In this document: one piece after another, positions 46,020-60,327 of the stretch
How positions within the stretch are numbered: the first letter of the stretch is position 1
Layout of the letters: every line of letters starts with the position of its first letter
Assembly: GCA_001179505.1 (NCBI GenBank)
Contig: CDMY01000498.1
Span: 936-64,935 of the forward strand
Direction of reading: 5' to 3'
DNA length: 64,000 bases
Origin: Vitrella brassicaformis CCMP3155
Lineage: Eukaryota > Protista > Chromerida
The notes under the pieces: generated by a model
The model's database searches: none
Told to the model about the DNA's origin: nothing
What the model saw: only the letters and a program-made list of their open reading frames with translations
Made by a program: the position numbers and the translations under genes

Positions 46020-48600
46020 TGTGATTTGATGCCACCCACTGGGCTGATTGATTGATTGATCCATCTCACTGACTGGTGGGTGTACTGTACGTCGCGTGAG
46101 TGAGTGATAGCTAGGCGGTCTGGTAGGTACCTGATGTGTGTGATTGACGCACGTGTGTGAGGTGAGTGCGTCAAGGAATTGCGTGTGTGGTGTGGTGTGG
46201 TGTAGTGTGGTGTGGATGTTATCTAAACAAAGCCTGGCTGCTTGTGTGGTGTGGTGTTATGTCGTGTGGTGTCGTGTGTGGGTTGGTGTGAGTGAGAGCG
46301 GCTATTTCGTGATTGATCTTTTTGCTGAACGAAGCGACGGGTCGTTTTTCGCATATCCCGCGCTTCTGCTCACAGCTGTCGGTCGGCTGCCGTTGGATGG
46401 ATGCATGGGATGCTGTGTGTGCGTGTGTCTGTCTGGGGTGGCCGTGTGTGTGTGTGTGTGTGTGTGTAAGTATCTGCGTGTATCTAATAATGGGACGGAG
46501 ACATCGATCAAATCCGCCAGACAGACACATGTGTGCATTCCGCACCAGAACAGAGCAGCTTAGGTGGTGTGAGGTGTGTGGGGGGCGTGGCTTGGCGTGG
46601 TTGGGCAATGCAGTCAGTCAGTCCGTGTGCCGAGGATCGAAACACACACATCCTTGCAGGCCTTGCATGACGTTACGTGGCAATTGAGGGACGGGGGCGG
46701 GGCCTCACACACGGGACGGGCGCCTGTCTGGTGAGTGATTCTGTCTATGTGGGACGCATCGCGATTGCTGTTCCGAGGCACGTCTATCCATCCATCCATC
46801 CATGCGTGTGTGCGTGTCGCCTCTCTGCGCTGCGCACCTGGCGGACGGATAGACGTGCCTCGAAACAGCCATCACGATGGGACGGCCGCACAGGGATGGG
46901 AAGGGGACGTCTGAGTGCCCCTCACGCGCCGCCATAATGCAATGCCGTCGATTCTTATTTGTGTCGACGGCTGGCTGGCTGGCTGGCGGGCTGCCTGGCT
47001 GGTTGGCTGCTTGAATGGCTGGCGTGATGGATGGACTGGTGCCTTCCTTGTGTTTGTGTTTGGGTGTGTCGGGCGTAGCTAGCTAGTTTTTGGGATGACT
47101 TTATGGCTGTTGGGCATGGCATGACATGGCTTGGCGTGCATCCACAATCATCCCATTGATGGGGCTTTCTTTATTGGATCTCTGTCGATGTATCTGTCGA
47201 GGAAATATCTACCGGCCTGTCTGTCTGTCTACATAAATATTATCCTAGCGAGGCATGTGTGATGATATGTGATGATGTGTGTGTATCTCATCTACCTACC
47301 TACCTACCTACCTTGGTACCTACTTACTGAGCGAGCGTATCTGTAAGTGTGGTGTGGTGTGCGTGGATAGCTGTGTGAGTGTGATGTCTGTGGTGTGTCC
47401 TTTGCCTTGCCTTGCCTCGCCTTGCCTACCCTACCTGCCATGTCTGTCTCTCTGTATGTCTGTGTGTCCGTTTGTGTACCGACGGTATGTACCTCTTCCT
47501 AGGTAGAGTGACCACACTAATTATTGCTGCTAACTAACTGATTAACTGACTCTGTGCATGTTATATATGTTATGTAGCTCTCTTGTTATACGTGCCTGCC
47601 TGCCTCCTGATGCATACGATACGCATAGAGGGATGGATGGGTGGGTGGGTGGGTGGGCGACACCAATTCGATTATTGACGACTGACTGTGCTCTCACTGC
47701 CTAATTCTACTGCCTGGCCGCCGTGCCGTGCTGTGGAGGCTGCGGTCGACCGACCTTTCGCCTTCTTCCCATCTATCGAGCTACACGCTGGCCGGCCGGC
47801 CTTTTCTCCTTTCTGCCTTCTTTCTGCGTGTAAATGGACCGATGGATGGCTGGGATGGATGGGACCCACCGATGGATGGATCAGAAGTTTTGCCTGTCCG
47901 GCTGGCTGGCTGCAGGCAGGCAGGCGACAGCAGGGGATACATACACACACACACACTAAATAGGTAGGTAGTTACATGAATGGGGATGTGGCTGGCTCGG
48001 TGCTGGAGACACAATTCGATGAGGTGGGTGGGATGGGGTGGGGGACAGCGGAGTGGAGTGGAGTGTTGACACGACAGACACCGAATTCATCGTATGTATG
48101 CTCGCTTTGTTTGAAAGCATATTATCGATTCATTCAAGAATGAATGGCAGTCAGTCACCCCAGCCAGCTTGCTTAACCACTTGTATGTCCTTTATTGCTA
48201 TAACCTCCCTCAGTCACAAATCCAATCTAGATCGAATGATCCCTCAGTCATTCGGATGCAATCAATGCACCGCATAAACCCGTCAAACAACCACATCGCC
48301 AGCAGTAAGTACCACATTCCACGATTTCCTCTCATCCATCCATTTGGCTTGGCGGGCAAACACACATGCTGCAGATGCAGATGCCGACACACGCATGCAA
48401 TCAATCAATCAGCCGGAACGAATTAAGACAGACAGAGAGACAGACAGACATGTGGGCATAAATAAGTGATACTGACGGCCAACCACGCACTCCACACGCA
48501 CACAGATACGTTCATGGAGATAGATCCCTCACCCGCCCCTCTCCATCTCTCTCTCTCTCTGACCAACTCACAAACACCCAGCATCGATCCATCGACTCAC
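46020..48600. repeat. Intergenic/UTR region rich in simple repeats (TG, GGAT, GGCT, CTAC, GGTGT) between convergent genes
   Basis: Dense microsatellites and no convincing coding frame. Confidence 0.6.
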
Positions 48601-48618
48601 TCACCACTCATTTATCAT

Positions 48619-51600
48619 TCAAGATCCCTCAGCCCCCTCAAGCCCCGGAGGTGGTGGTGCCAGGCCGCCGCCCGACACAGTGGGCGGCGTGGAGCTTGCA
48701 AACAAGTTGTGGAACGGCCCAGGCACAGGACCACCAGCGGTGCCACCGTTCCCCCTCGCCGCATTATCTCGGTAATAGCTGCTGGGGTAGAGAGGGAACC
48801 CGCGTGCGGGCGTGTGGGGGGTGACAGAAAAGAGCGAGGGAGGCGTCAGAGGTCGGAGTGCCATTGGCTGGGGCTGGGCCTGTGGCTGTGGCTGCGGTGA
48901 CGGCTGCCTGCGGTGCTGCTGGGGTGGGAGGGACGGGGTGGCTGGTGCTGGTGGTGGCCACAGAGTCGCTCCAGGCTGGAAGGCGCCCCATGACTTGTAT
49001 GGCGGAAGACTGGCCGACGAAAACAGCGACACCGACCCCGCTGATGGTTTGTGAAGATGCCCGCCGCTGGTCATGGTCTGTGTCATGGCCGGTGCCATGG
49101 CCGCCCCCGTCGCCTGGTCAGCACGGCTGTCATGTCCATTCAGGGGCGGGTTGAAGCCAGCTGGGGGAAACACGGGCTGCGGCGGGCCGGGTGGGCCAGA
49201 CGACAGGACGCCACGGAGGGGGTGAGATCCCTGAGGTTCCGCCATGGCGGCCTTGTTTGGGTTGCTCATGTCGGGTGGGGTGCCGTCGATTGTCCTGGCG
49301 GTGTCTCGGCTAAAGGGCCCCACAAGGCCATGTCGTGCCGAGAAGGGCCCTCCAGCAGCTGCCCCTGATGCCGATGAGGCCTTGAGCTCCTCTGCCAAGA
49401 AATGGCCACGCTCCTTCTTGAAGGAAGACGGTGGTGCTGGCACGCTGGCCAGCGTTTCGGTCGTGGAAGGGCCGACCAACCCATTCCACACCACCCCGGC
49501 ACCACCACCACCAGCAGCACCACCACCACCAGCAGCAGGGACAGGAGCAGCATCGCGCCCCTGCTGCTCCTCTCTCTCCTTGATCTCCCGTGGCTTGATG
49601 AGTGGCTGGGCGGTCTGTTGGTGTGGGTGTTGGTGTGGGTGTGGATGTCTCTGCTGTGAGGCGAAGGGGTGTGGGGGCATTGGTGGTACGGGGACGAGGG
49701 GCGAGAGGGGTCCGTAGCTGTACTCGAGAGGGAAGAAGAGCAGGTGTGGGTGTTTCTTGGTGAGGAGGGAGTGGCACTTGTCCGTGTAGGTCAGGTAGTC
49801 CAGGTGCAGGTCCAGCCACGCCTGGGCAATGTTCTTGGGCGTCATCAGCTCGATCGGCAGCTCAGACAGGAAGGCTACCATTATCGAGTACTGAGGCTCC
49901 TTCCGACTGCACACACACATACACACACACATGGTCTCGTCGGTGGCTGCGCAGGTGTAGTTAGTTGCCTTCTTCGCTTACGTCTCAAACACTCGCACAA
50001 GGTACTGCGCCAACTCACGCCTGAAGGGAACAGAGACAGCACAGCACCATGAATCGACCGACTCGCCCGCTCTGTGTATGTATGTGTCTCTGTCTGTCGA
50101 CAAGCCACCCCCACCGGGGCCCTCTGTTACCTGAGGAAAGCCGTGACGGCCGGCTGGAAGCAGGCGTCGAACCTGTTCTCCAGCCACGTGAGGGGCGGCT
50201 CTTGCTTCTTGGTGCGTCTCTTTTCCTTCTTGCCGCCGTTGTCTGCCCTGCGGAAGGTGCCGTCCTCGCCCCTGACCCTGGCCTTCTTGCCGTGCTGCTT
50301 CTTGTGCGCCTTGCGCAGTATCTTGGTGGCCTCCTCGACAAACCGCTCGATCATCTCCTCGTCCCCCAACTGAGACAGAAACTTGCTGTTGTCCTCACGC
50401 CGCTTCTTCCGACCCGCACGCCGCAGATCGTCCGGGTCGATGTCCTCCAACACGAAGTCGCCGTCGTCCTCGTGGTCACCCCTCGCCCGGGCCCTCTTCT
50501 TGCGCCTGCGCCGCTTGGCCCCCTCGTCGCTCGACAGGTCTTCCATGGCGTACAGCTGGTCGAACGTCGTGATGTCCTGATACATGGGCGACTCGTCGTC
50601 ATCGGCTCCTGGCGAGGGCGAGGGTCGCGATGGCGCCAGCGGGTGTCTCTTGACGCCAGAGAGTTCGTAGTGCGCGTCGAGGACGGTCTTCATGCGGTCT
50701 GATTTGGAGGGGCTCGACTGCTCGTTGGGGTCGAGCCCCAGCCGCCAAGCACGCTCCACACGAGCGGCCTTCCTCACCGTCGCCAAGGCCGCGATCGCCT
50801 GCAGCTCCTCCTCTGACGCACGAGATGGCGGCTCTCGCTGAGGGTGGTCACCCTTGTCAACACCCTCCATGCCGCCCTCGTCTTGCTCCTCCGTGGCATC
50901 CCCTTCTGACTTGGAGACCATCTTGGCGTCTCGAAGGTCCCCCTGCATGTCCTGCATCCTGCGGTCCTCCATGGCCACGGCCAACTCGTAGTCGCTGTTG
51001 AACGACCGCTGGCGGAACCGCACTGCATGCGCCTCCCGAACGTTGCGGATGAACCGCCCGATGCTGTCTCCCTTCATGTCGGGGGATGACGACTCGCCCC
51101 GACGAACCCTCACGAGGGGGGGCCGGGGCCTTCTCGCCTGGTCGGAGCCTTCCTCTGACTCTTCTTGATCGGCCTCGTGTGGCGGCTGTAGGTGTGTGCG
51201 TCGGGGCGGCGGGGGACACATGCGGCGGAGGATCGACAGATCTTCCTTGACGGCCGCGGGGGCGGCGTGGATGCGCCAGGGGAAGCGGCGCTTGACTCTG
51301 CGCTTCCGTCGGGTGACCATGCCTTGCTGCTGCTGCTGCTGCTGCTGGTTAAACTGCTGGCTGGAGGGGGCGGGCGAGGGGCGCTTCGACGCACCTGCGC
51401 CCTTGATTTGCTGCTTCCTGCCTGCTGGCGGGGTATGTATCCGGTAGCTGTTGTGGAGGGCGGTCTCTCCCGCCACGCCCTCGTCACCCCCACCATCATT
51501 TTTGCGAACGAAGCGGCCGTCCTTGCCGCGAACATGCCGAGACTTCCGGGGCACCTGCTGGCTCTTGGCCAGGGCAGCAGAGGGCAAACCATCAGGGATG

Positions 51601-53640
51601 CCCGGTGTGTGCGGTAGGGGGGAGAGGGTGCCCTTGCCGCCCCGGTCCCGAGTGCGCTTGAGCTCTGCCTCTCGTAGGTCCCCGATGCGGACGTCCTCTA
51701 TGGGGGCCTGGCCGAGCCCCGCCTGGTCATCGCCGGTGTGTCGGTACTGCACCCACGGCCAGCCGTCATCGATGACCAGGGCGATGTACTCACCGCGGTG
51801 ATCCATGACACGACCCTTCACCTGCACCGCACCGACAGATATTCAAATGACCGTGTGTGTGTCGAGTCGAGTGAGTCGAGTCGATGGGTGTGTGTGGACC
51901 GTACCTCGATGGGCGCCCCAGGGAGGAGGAACTTGATCTGTCTCATCATCTCCCGGATCTCCCGCGGCAGCCGACGCCGCACCCCGCCCTCCTGACCCCT
52001 CTTGACGCCCAACACACCACCCCCACCACCCTCCATCCCAAACGTGGGCAGGGGCGGGATCGAGAAATCCCCCTCTCTCCCCGCCCGGCCCTCGGGTGTC
52101 ACTTCCATGTTCTGCGACGCCCACTCCTCCTCCGTGTTGCTGGGTGGGGGCGTCACGCCACCCCGCATCTTGCGCTTGGCGGCCGGCTGCACCTGGCTGG
52201 TGCCCAACGATGACCGCCGACCTGGTCGGGCTGTGGGGGTGGCGGGGAGCAGGGGCGTGTTGGCCTTGGAGGACGATGCAGAGGGGTCTGCCGCGCCGGC
52301 CGTGAGCGACTCTTGTGTGCCGGGGCCGGCAGGAGCAGTGCGCTTGGAACGACTGCAGGAAAGGTAGGCAGCACAGGACAGCACAGAAGTGGTGCAGAAC
52401 GGCTCCGTGTCTGTCTGCCTGCCTGTGTGCTGTGTGCTGTGTGCTGCTCTTTGCGTCTTTTACACAGGTCGTTCGCTTGCAGTGAGGTCGGCTGACCAGC
52501 CCTTGCCGAGACGAACGCAGTGAGCTGGAGCCTGCACACACACACACACACACATGGACCAGATAGATGTGTGGATGCAGTTAAATATGTCGATCTCTGG
52601 CTGTACGGTACCAAATCTCGCTTACTGACTGACCTTGAACTCAGTGGTTCGTGACCATCCGGCGAGTCTGCATGTGACGAACCGCTGGCCGCCCTCCTCG
52701 ACGGTCCCCAGCACCCAACCGCTCTCTATCGTCTCTATTCCTGGCCACTTGACCTGGATCTTGGCACCTACACACATCACATCACCCACACGCATGCCGT
52801 CCGTCCATCCATCCATCCATCCATCCATACACATGTGCCAGATGTGCCAGTGTGGTGTGAGAGTGCATCCATGGTATGGTAAGGGCAGCCTGGCATATAT
52901 ACATACCCGGCACAAGGATGCGTGGGTCGATAGGTTCCTCTGCAGCAGCGCCCTCAGACGCAGCTCCGGCTCGCCCTGGGCAATCACTGCCACCGTCCTG
53001 GGGCACATCCCTGTCAGTCAGGCCACACACACACACACACTCCATCTAGCTTCATTGACTGACTGACGCACATCAAATGCACACTCTTCCCCCTCGTATG
53101 CTCTGCACACACCACACACTAACCTCTGTCCGTTGAGACCATTTCCTTCGGTCGAAAGGGCGATTTCGAGCTCAGGCGAGCCCGTGTCGTCACGAGGGGG
53201 CGGCGGAGGTGGGGTGGCTGGTCGGGGTGGGGGGGCCTGTGGCGCGGCCTTGGGTGCCGGCAAAGGGTGCTTCCGCGGCCTCCCTGGTCCCCTCTTCTTG
53301 GGCGCCGCCGCTGACGCTGCCGCTGACGCCGCTGCCGATGCCGATGATGGCTTGTTCTCTTTGTTGTTCCTCTTCTGGCGCCTGTCTTGCCTCTGGATCT
53401 GCTGGGCCAGCAGGGCTGCCTGGGCTAGACGCGGATCTGAGCGAACGAGGGGAGTGGGCGAGGCCAGGCACACAGACACAACACAACACGAGCAAGGCAT
53501 CGATGAGCGTCCATGCTCTCACGATAGGATGTGATGTGGCTGGGTGTGTGGCTTGTGCGTGTGTGTGCGCGTGTGTGGGTGGACGGCTCACCTCGCGATG
53601 CAGCCGGCTTCGAGTCGGCCTGCGCTGAAGAGCCCGACAT
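48619..53640 (-). CDS. Large nuclear protein with an AT-hook and two Tudor/Agenet-like barrels, poly-Q and a Pro-rich tail
   Basis: MSGSSAQ.. start at 53640. AT-hook KKRGPGRPRKHP; VGAKIQVKWPG..GWVLGTVEE..VTCRLAGW; PGAPIEVQV..YIALVIDDGWPWVQYRH. A 566-codon exon at 50127-51827 and a last exon at 48619-49907. Confidence 0.6.
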
Positions 53641-54280
53641 AATCGAATCGATGGATGCCTTGCAGAAATCGAGAGTCTCCACCCGCTCAGACAACAAACA
53701 CCTGTGAAGCAGTCAGTCAAAGTCGAGAAGGGGACCCATCAGCCAGCGAAAGATGCCAACCAACACGCCATGAGACAGCCCGTCCTTGAGCACTCCCCCT
53801 CACCTCCTACAGAGCGATCCCAACCGCAGATCAGCCCAATGAACCAACCGTCCAGCAAGACGCCAGCACGGGAGTCAGATCGTGCCGCTGTGGGTGAGAT
53901 ATCAGCCCGTTTCCTTCCTGTCGCCCCGGTCAGATGGGTCGCACGCGGTCTGAATGCGCCCCCTGTCACCACAAAAGCCGTGTCGGGTGGTCCACAGATC
54001 CGTCACACGGGGAAGAAGCCTTGAAAGGACGGATCTGTGCACTCTCGCAAGACAAACGCCTTTAAACACACCTGAGACGTCGGACAGGACGCTCGGTCCG
54101 ACGAGATGCGCCGCTAACGTTGAGAAAAAGATCTGACATGCGAGCTTAAAGGTCGAGATTCTGGGGCCAGTCAAGCTCGCGCTGATGACGTTCCCTGGAC
54201 GAGCGCTTTAAGGAGGACGTCGCCCGCCGCCACTGCTCAGATCACTCCGCCAGTACTGGCCCTCTGTCTGAACCATCATC

Positions 54281-56345
54281 ATGGCCCTGTGTATCTCTGC
54301 GTCCGGCCCTGCCTTCAGCCGCACCCCTGTGCACGTCGATGACCACTCAAAAGGCATCGTGCTGCGGCCGCTAGCCTATGCGTCGGCAAATCCGCTCACG
54401 GCCGGCCTCCCCCTGTGTGTCACGCCCTTCACCGACGCACAGCTTGACCCCACCACAGGCGCCGCATCCGTGATTGTGTCGGATCTGCACTGCAGCAAGG
54501 GCGACAGGGAGGTGGGGTGGGTGGAGGTGACTGCGGAGGATGGAGGGGACGGCGGGATGTGCCTGCTGGAGCGGCTGGCGGGGAAGGTCGGCGAGGTGGC
54601 CTGGTCGCTTTTGCCCAAGGGGGAGGGTGACGGTGACGGTGGGATGGCTTGGGTGGTGCCTCATGTCGACAGTGACCAGGTGAGTCAGGTGGACATGGAA
54701 GGCAAAAAGAGGAATTGGCTCCCGGCGTCGTGTTGTGTGTGTGCAGGTTGTGTTGAGTGGCTACCTGTTCCACCGGCCTGCACACCCACTGGCGCACCTA
54801 AAGCGATGGTACACAACGCAAATACAACGCACCGTCCGCCCCAGCCCACCGTCCTTCGCTCTGTCTGCCTGCCTGTGTGTGAGCGTGTGTGTTTGTGTGT
54901 GTCAGGGAGGGCGGGTGTGAGGTGTGGTGGGCTGAGGTGCAAGGCGGCCGCAGCCGATCCTCAGTGCCCATGCGGCTGAGCCTGTGTCTGTACGAGGGGC
55001 CGGGCAAGGAACGGCTCGTCAAGAAGGTGCCACTCACACGGAAATCCACCGTCGCGCGACAGCAGGGCGAGGGCAATGGCAAGAGTCACACCGATGGTAC
55101 GGTACGGATGGAAGACAGACCACCTCACCTCACCTGCCCACTGGCCTGGTGTGGTGTGGTGTGGTGGATGGGTGAATTGCTTCAGCGGGTAGCGGTTTGT
55201 GTCTTGGGTTGGGCCGTCGGTTTGCTGTGGATGGGCACCAGTTTGCGTGTGTGACAGCCGAGGAGGCCTCCCTGTGGCTCGCCGCCATTCAGATGGTCAT
55301 CGACAAGGGATGTGCCTGTGCTAGTGAGTGAGTGAGTGAGAGAGCGAGGGAGTCAGGGAGACAGGGAGGGCAACCAGACCAGAGCAGAGCGGTCCGGTGG
55401 TCACTGATTGTTTCGTTCGTTCTTCGATGTGGTGCGTGTGTGTGTGTGTGCGTTGTGTGTTGGCCTCATTCCTTCCCTGCTTCTTCAGGTGGTGTGTCGC
55501 TGCAAGAGGCCTTCGGAGACGTCCTCGCCCCCATGGCAAAGGAGGCAGAGACCCAGCTGCAAACACTCATGCACAGATACGGTGAGCGACCGAACCGTAG
55601 CCAAGCCCCCCACCCCCCCCACCCCCCACACACACACCAATCGCCTCCTCTGTGTGTGTGTGTGTGTGTGTGTGTCTCCGTAGGCCTGTCCCGCCCGTTG
55701 CTGGCTCAGGTGTCACCTATTGAGCACCAGGATGCACCTCACCAGCACGGCAGCGTGCCCATGGTCATCCCCCCCGAGCTGCAGGACAAGTGCTTCGCCA
55801 AGCACCTGGCCTCACGACCCACACTCGACGATGACCAGGACGATATCCAGCAAGCACCACTAGGGCCGTCCTGTGGCCCCTCCTCCCCCTCTCTGCGGCT
55901 CAGCAACACCCTCACCTGCCTATACGACTGCCTCAATGGAGCACGCATACACACGCCCGCCGCCCCCACCCTCGCCCCCACCCCATCTCTCTCCCTGTGT
56001 GTGTCGCCATCCACCCTAAGCGAAGATTCCATTCTCGACATGACCACCAGCTCTTTGGCATCGTCGAGGATGGTGTCTTCGGTGGCTCGCTCCCTCACCT
56101 TCTCCCTCACCAGCAGCACAAACTCCTCGCTGTCTCTGTCTCTGATCAGTGAATGTGAGGGCGAGAGGGGCAGTGGCAGGGGCAGTGGTGTGCCTGCGTG
56201 TCCCCCTAACACGGTGCGTTTGAGTGGTGACGTGAGCGATGGTGTGCTGTCTTGGGGGTCGAGTGGTGAGTGGGGCGGGTCGTTTGAGAGTGCCGTGTCC
56301 ACCGTGGCCACAGAGGCTAGTGATGAGACGGTCGCATCCAAATAG
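54281..56345 (+). CDS. PH-domain-containing protein
   Basis: VVLSGYLFHRP..LKRW, LCLYEG, and the C-terminal PH helix AEEASLWLAAIQMVIDK; Ser-rich tail; TAG at 56343-56345. Confidence 0.6.
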
Positions 56346-57502
56346 ATGGGACGGGGTGAGTGACGGGGGGGGGTGAGGGGTTTTAGTTTGGTCAAGTAAA
56401 TAAAGTAGTGTGGTGGTCGGCTTGTTGTCTTGGATAGGTCGGTTCGGTCGTTGTTTCCTTCTCCTTATCATCTGTGAGTGAGAGCACATAGGTAGGTAGG
56501 TTCGTTTCGTTTGGTGTGTCTTGTCTTGTGTCATTCCCGGATGCATAAGGGTGTGAGTCTGTGTGATAGATGCATTGATTTGTTCAAATGTCATTCATGT
56601 GGGTCTGTCTGTCTGTCGGGATCGTCTGATCTGAGAGACTCCTCTGTAGCTGTAGGTGGACAAACAACATTGGATTGATTAAACGGGTAGGTAGGGAGGG
56701 AGGGGATCGAAGAGTCAATCGGAAATCGTGTGTTGGAGCAAAACAAAAGTCAGCCAGCCAGCCGTCACAGAAGCGCTGCCCGCCCAGGTAGCATAGCAGC
56801 TGCCTGACCGGACAGACCACTGCTGGACTCTCACACTGCTATCCTTTGCTATGCACACCCCACCCCACCACACACACACACATCCAGTCAATCCACACAT
56901 GCACTCACTGCACATAACTACGGTACAAAGGCACCTTGAGAGGCTTCCAGGATGTCCATTCTGGCAGTCATGTCATCCATCCATGACACACATGTGTGCA
57001 CATGTGATGTGATGCTATGCTGCCTGGCCTGCCCATCCTTCCTCACAGAGTACAACCTTTTTTGCTCAACACAAACAACACACGCACACATTCATTGACA
57101 TGACATGCAGGGCACCGACTGGCTGGCTGATGGATGGAGGGATGGATGGGATGGATGCAGTGACGGACGGACGGACACGTGCAATGCAATTCATGCAGAC
57201 AGACAGACATTCAGGCATCCACAGGCAGACAGGCAGACAGACAGACAGACAGACGGGGCAAAATTGCCCCCTCACCCACCAGGCCCGCCCCCACCCCCAA
57301 CCCACTCAGTGTGCCTTGGTGTCTGTGTCTTTATTCCGCCCATCCGCACCGCACCCACAGATAGGCAGACAGAAAGTCGGGGAGGACGGAGGATCGCAAG
57401 GGAGGAAGGAAGGGAGGAGGTATGCATGGATGAATGTACGAATACGCCCACCCATCCATCCATCCATCCATCCCCCCTGACCCCTGGGCGGCATTGTACA
57501 GG

Positions 57503-60290
57503 TCATACCGGTGCAGCATCGAAGTCCTCCACAGCATCGACAAAGAAGTCGTCGGCTGGCCCATTGTTGCCGTCGCCGTCATTGGCTCCGTTGCCGTTGT
57601 TGCCCCTTTGTGGTCCACCGCCCACGTGTGCTCGCGGCGGGGGAAGGTCGTCGTCGTCGTCGTCTATGTCCCAAGAGGGCGGCGGCAGACACAGCGACAA
57701 ATCCAGACCAAGAGCAAACTTCTGGAGCTGCACACACACACACACACGCACACGCACACGCACACGAGAGACAGACAGACGCCTGCCTGGGTGAGACACA
57801 CAGGAAGTGACGGAGGGGAGGGGGGGTGGCCTGACTGACGGACCTTTTCGAAGAATGACGTCCGTAGGAATGCCCGAGGGTAGGGGTCTTGGCAGTAGGG
57901 GCATGGGTCGTACCTGCCGGTGGGCGACCGGCGCCGCTGGGCCGACTCCCACTTGGGCAAACACGTCGCACACAAGGGGGCGTGCCCTGCACACACAGAC
58001 ATACATACAGGGGACACGACGGACGCACCTCGTGTGGTGTGCGGTGTGGGCGAGGTGCCGTGTGCGCCATGGCATGCATGGCCACTGACTGACTGACCAC
58101 ATGGGAAGACGAAGTGGTTTGATTCGCCGTGGAACTCCTCGTAGCAAGACATGCACGCATCCGAACAGGGGGGCAGCACACGCGGCTGTATTATATGACC
58201 ACACACACACACACACACAGACATACAAATTGCACTGCACTGCGGGCCTCTCCTCTGTTTCCACAGTGTGGGTCAGGTCACGTCGCGCACCTTCTGGTCG
58301 CTCCACTGCACTTGCTGGGGCGTCTCGCACCCCCTCGTTGCAATGAATCCAACCCTACACCCATATATGACACCACAACATAACATGTCACTCGTGTGTG
58401 TGTCTATTGCCCTTCTCCCTTTCATCTCTCCATCTGTCTGTTGCTGACCCCTTCTTCCTGTCGTCTCTGAATATGGCAGCGAGTATGGTTCCGTCATCCC
58501 GCAGCTCCCTGCCCACGCCCTCCCTTGCGAAGGTCTGGTGGTTGAACTCCCCCTCATAGTCGGGGGACGAGCTGAAGCCGCCACCCATGGCCAGCCGGGA
58601 GTATCTGCTCCCGGAGTGGATGCTGTTGTCCACCCACAGTCCCTGGATGCGCTGCTTCGAGTCCGTCAACACGCCATGCCTGTTTGTCGAAACGAAAAAG
58701 AGAGAGATGCACACATCGCCCATTGTCTGTCTGTCTGTCTGTCTGTGTGCGTCTGTCTGTGTGCGTGAGGTGAAGTGAGGTGTGTGCCGACCCGACCCGT
58801 GTCTTTGCGACTTTTTGTGTGAGCCATAGTACTGTGATCCGTCTGGGTAGAAGGTGGTGCCCTGGCCGTCCCAGTAGATGTCATCGCCGACCTTGCGGAA
58901 GCTGCCGTGATACACCTGACCGATGCGATGCGACGCGACACCACCACACGTGGATCGGATCAGCTATCCCTCAGTTTGGTTTGTGTGTATCCTATCATGC
59001 CATCCATGTGTCTGGCCGACCATTTGTCCGTTCTTGTCGTAGTCGGCACCGCTGAGTAGGTTGCCGCCCTCCCACTCCCCTACAATGTGGCCCTCTGACC
59101 CATTCTCTATCAGCAGCTTGCCACGTCTGCACATACACACGGGCCGACGCGACAAACACCAGGTCAGTTCAGTGAACGATCAGCCTCCCAGTCAGTGCGT
59201 TGCCTGCTCTGCTCTGCTCACCCGTGTCTGAGCATCTGCCCGTCGCCAGAGCGCACCACGGACCCCTCATAGACTCTCCTCAGCGTGGCGCCGGCGTCTC
59301 TCTTTTGCATCTCGGTGCCCTCGCCGCGCACAAACAGGTCGTTCTCGAAGGTGCCCTCGTAGGTGCAGCACCACCATGACTCCCCCGCACCGCAGAAGTA
59401 GCGCATCATCGTGCCACGACTGCATGCATCCATCCACAAGACACATGCATGGGTCAGTCAAATCACTGCATCATTCACTAACTTTCCAATGATTGTTCAG
59501 CTGACTGGACTGACTGACCCCTGCTTGATGCCCTTTGTGAATGAGGTGTAGAAGTGGTCGCCATTGGGAAAGACCTGCGCCCCGCTGCCGCTGAAGAGAC
59601 CGTCCTTGCCGAGGAACTGCAGGTCGCCCTGCACACGGTACACCTCCTGCGGCAGCGAGTCGGGCGCCAGACGCTCCAGGACGACCTCCTTGAGCACGTC
59701 GGTGTCGAATCGCAGCTGCAACTGGAGCCTGCCCTCGGGCCACGTGAACGTGGCTTGCCTGCATCCAGATATATCACAGACAGAAGTGATTGATTCACTA
59801 TTGTTGACGAGTGAGTGAGGAGGCTGATCGATCACATTGCGGGAAGTGTGTAGTGTACGGCCTTACTAACCCGTGTTTCTTGCCGTCTCTGAAGGAGCCT
59901 GTGAGAGTGGTGCCGTCCGTGTGGCACTGCTCTATGTCGTCCCTGCAAGCCACAGGACGCCATCCAGCCATCCATCCATTGAGTCTGCGTGTGTGGCCCG
60001 AATGTCGTTTGCATCCCTTACTTACCCGTGTGGCTGGTTGTCCTTGAAGGTGCCGATCTGCACGAAGCCCGTCGTCCGACACTTGAGCTCGCCCCTCTCA
60101 CTCCTGCGCCAGGCAGGCAGTAGAATGCACACACACACACAATAAGAGATGGACAGACACATATATCCCCGTATCGCATCTGTCAGTGTTGGCTGACATA
60201 CATGTGTGGCTGTCCATCCTTCCACGGCCCCGTCCACTGGTAGCCGCACTTCATCACACCCAAACCATGACTGCAACACAACAACACAGC

Positions 60291-60327
<37 letters not shown>

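Noticed and set aside
46020-48600. CRISPR-like, telomeric or transposon repeats in repeat-rich spacers (also 37500-39100 and 56400-57500)
   Set aside because: Only di- to pentanucleotide microsatellites are present, with no repeat-spacer periodicity, terminal inverted repeats, transposase or reverse-transcriptase motifs.
54143-54180. GCGAGCTT...AAGCTCGC inverted repeat in a divergent spacer
   Set aside because: An 8-bp stem is expected by chance in GC-rich DNA.
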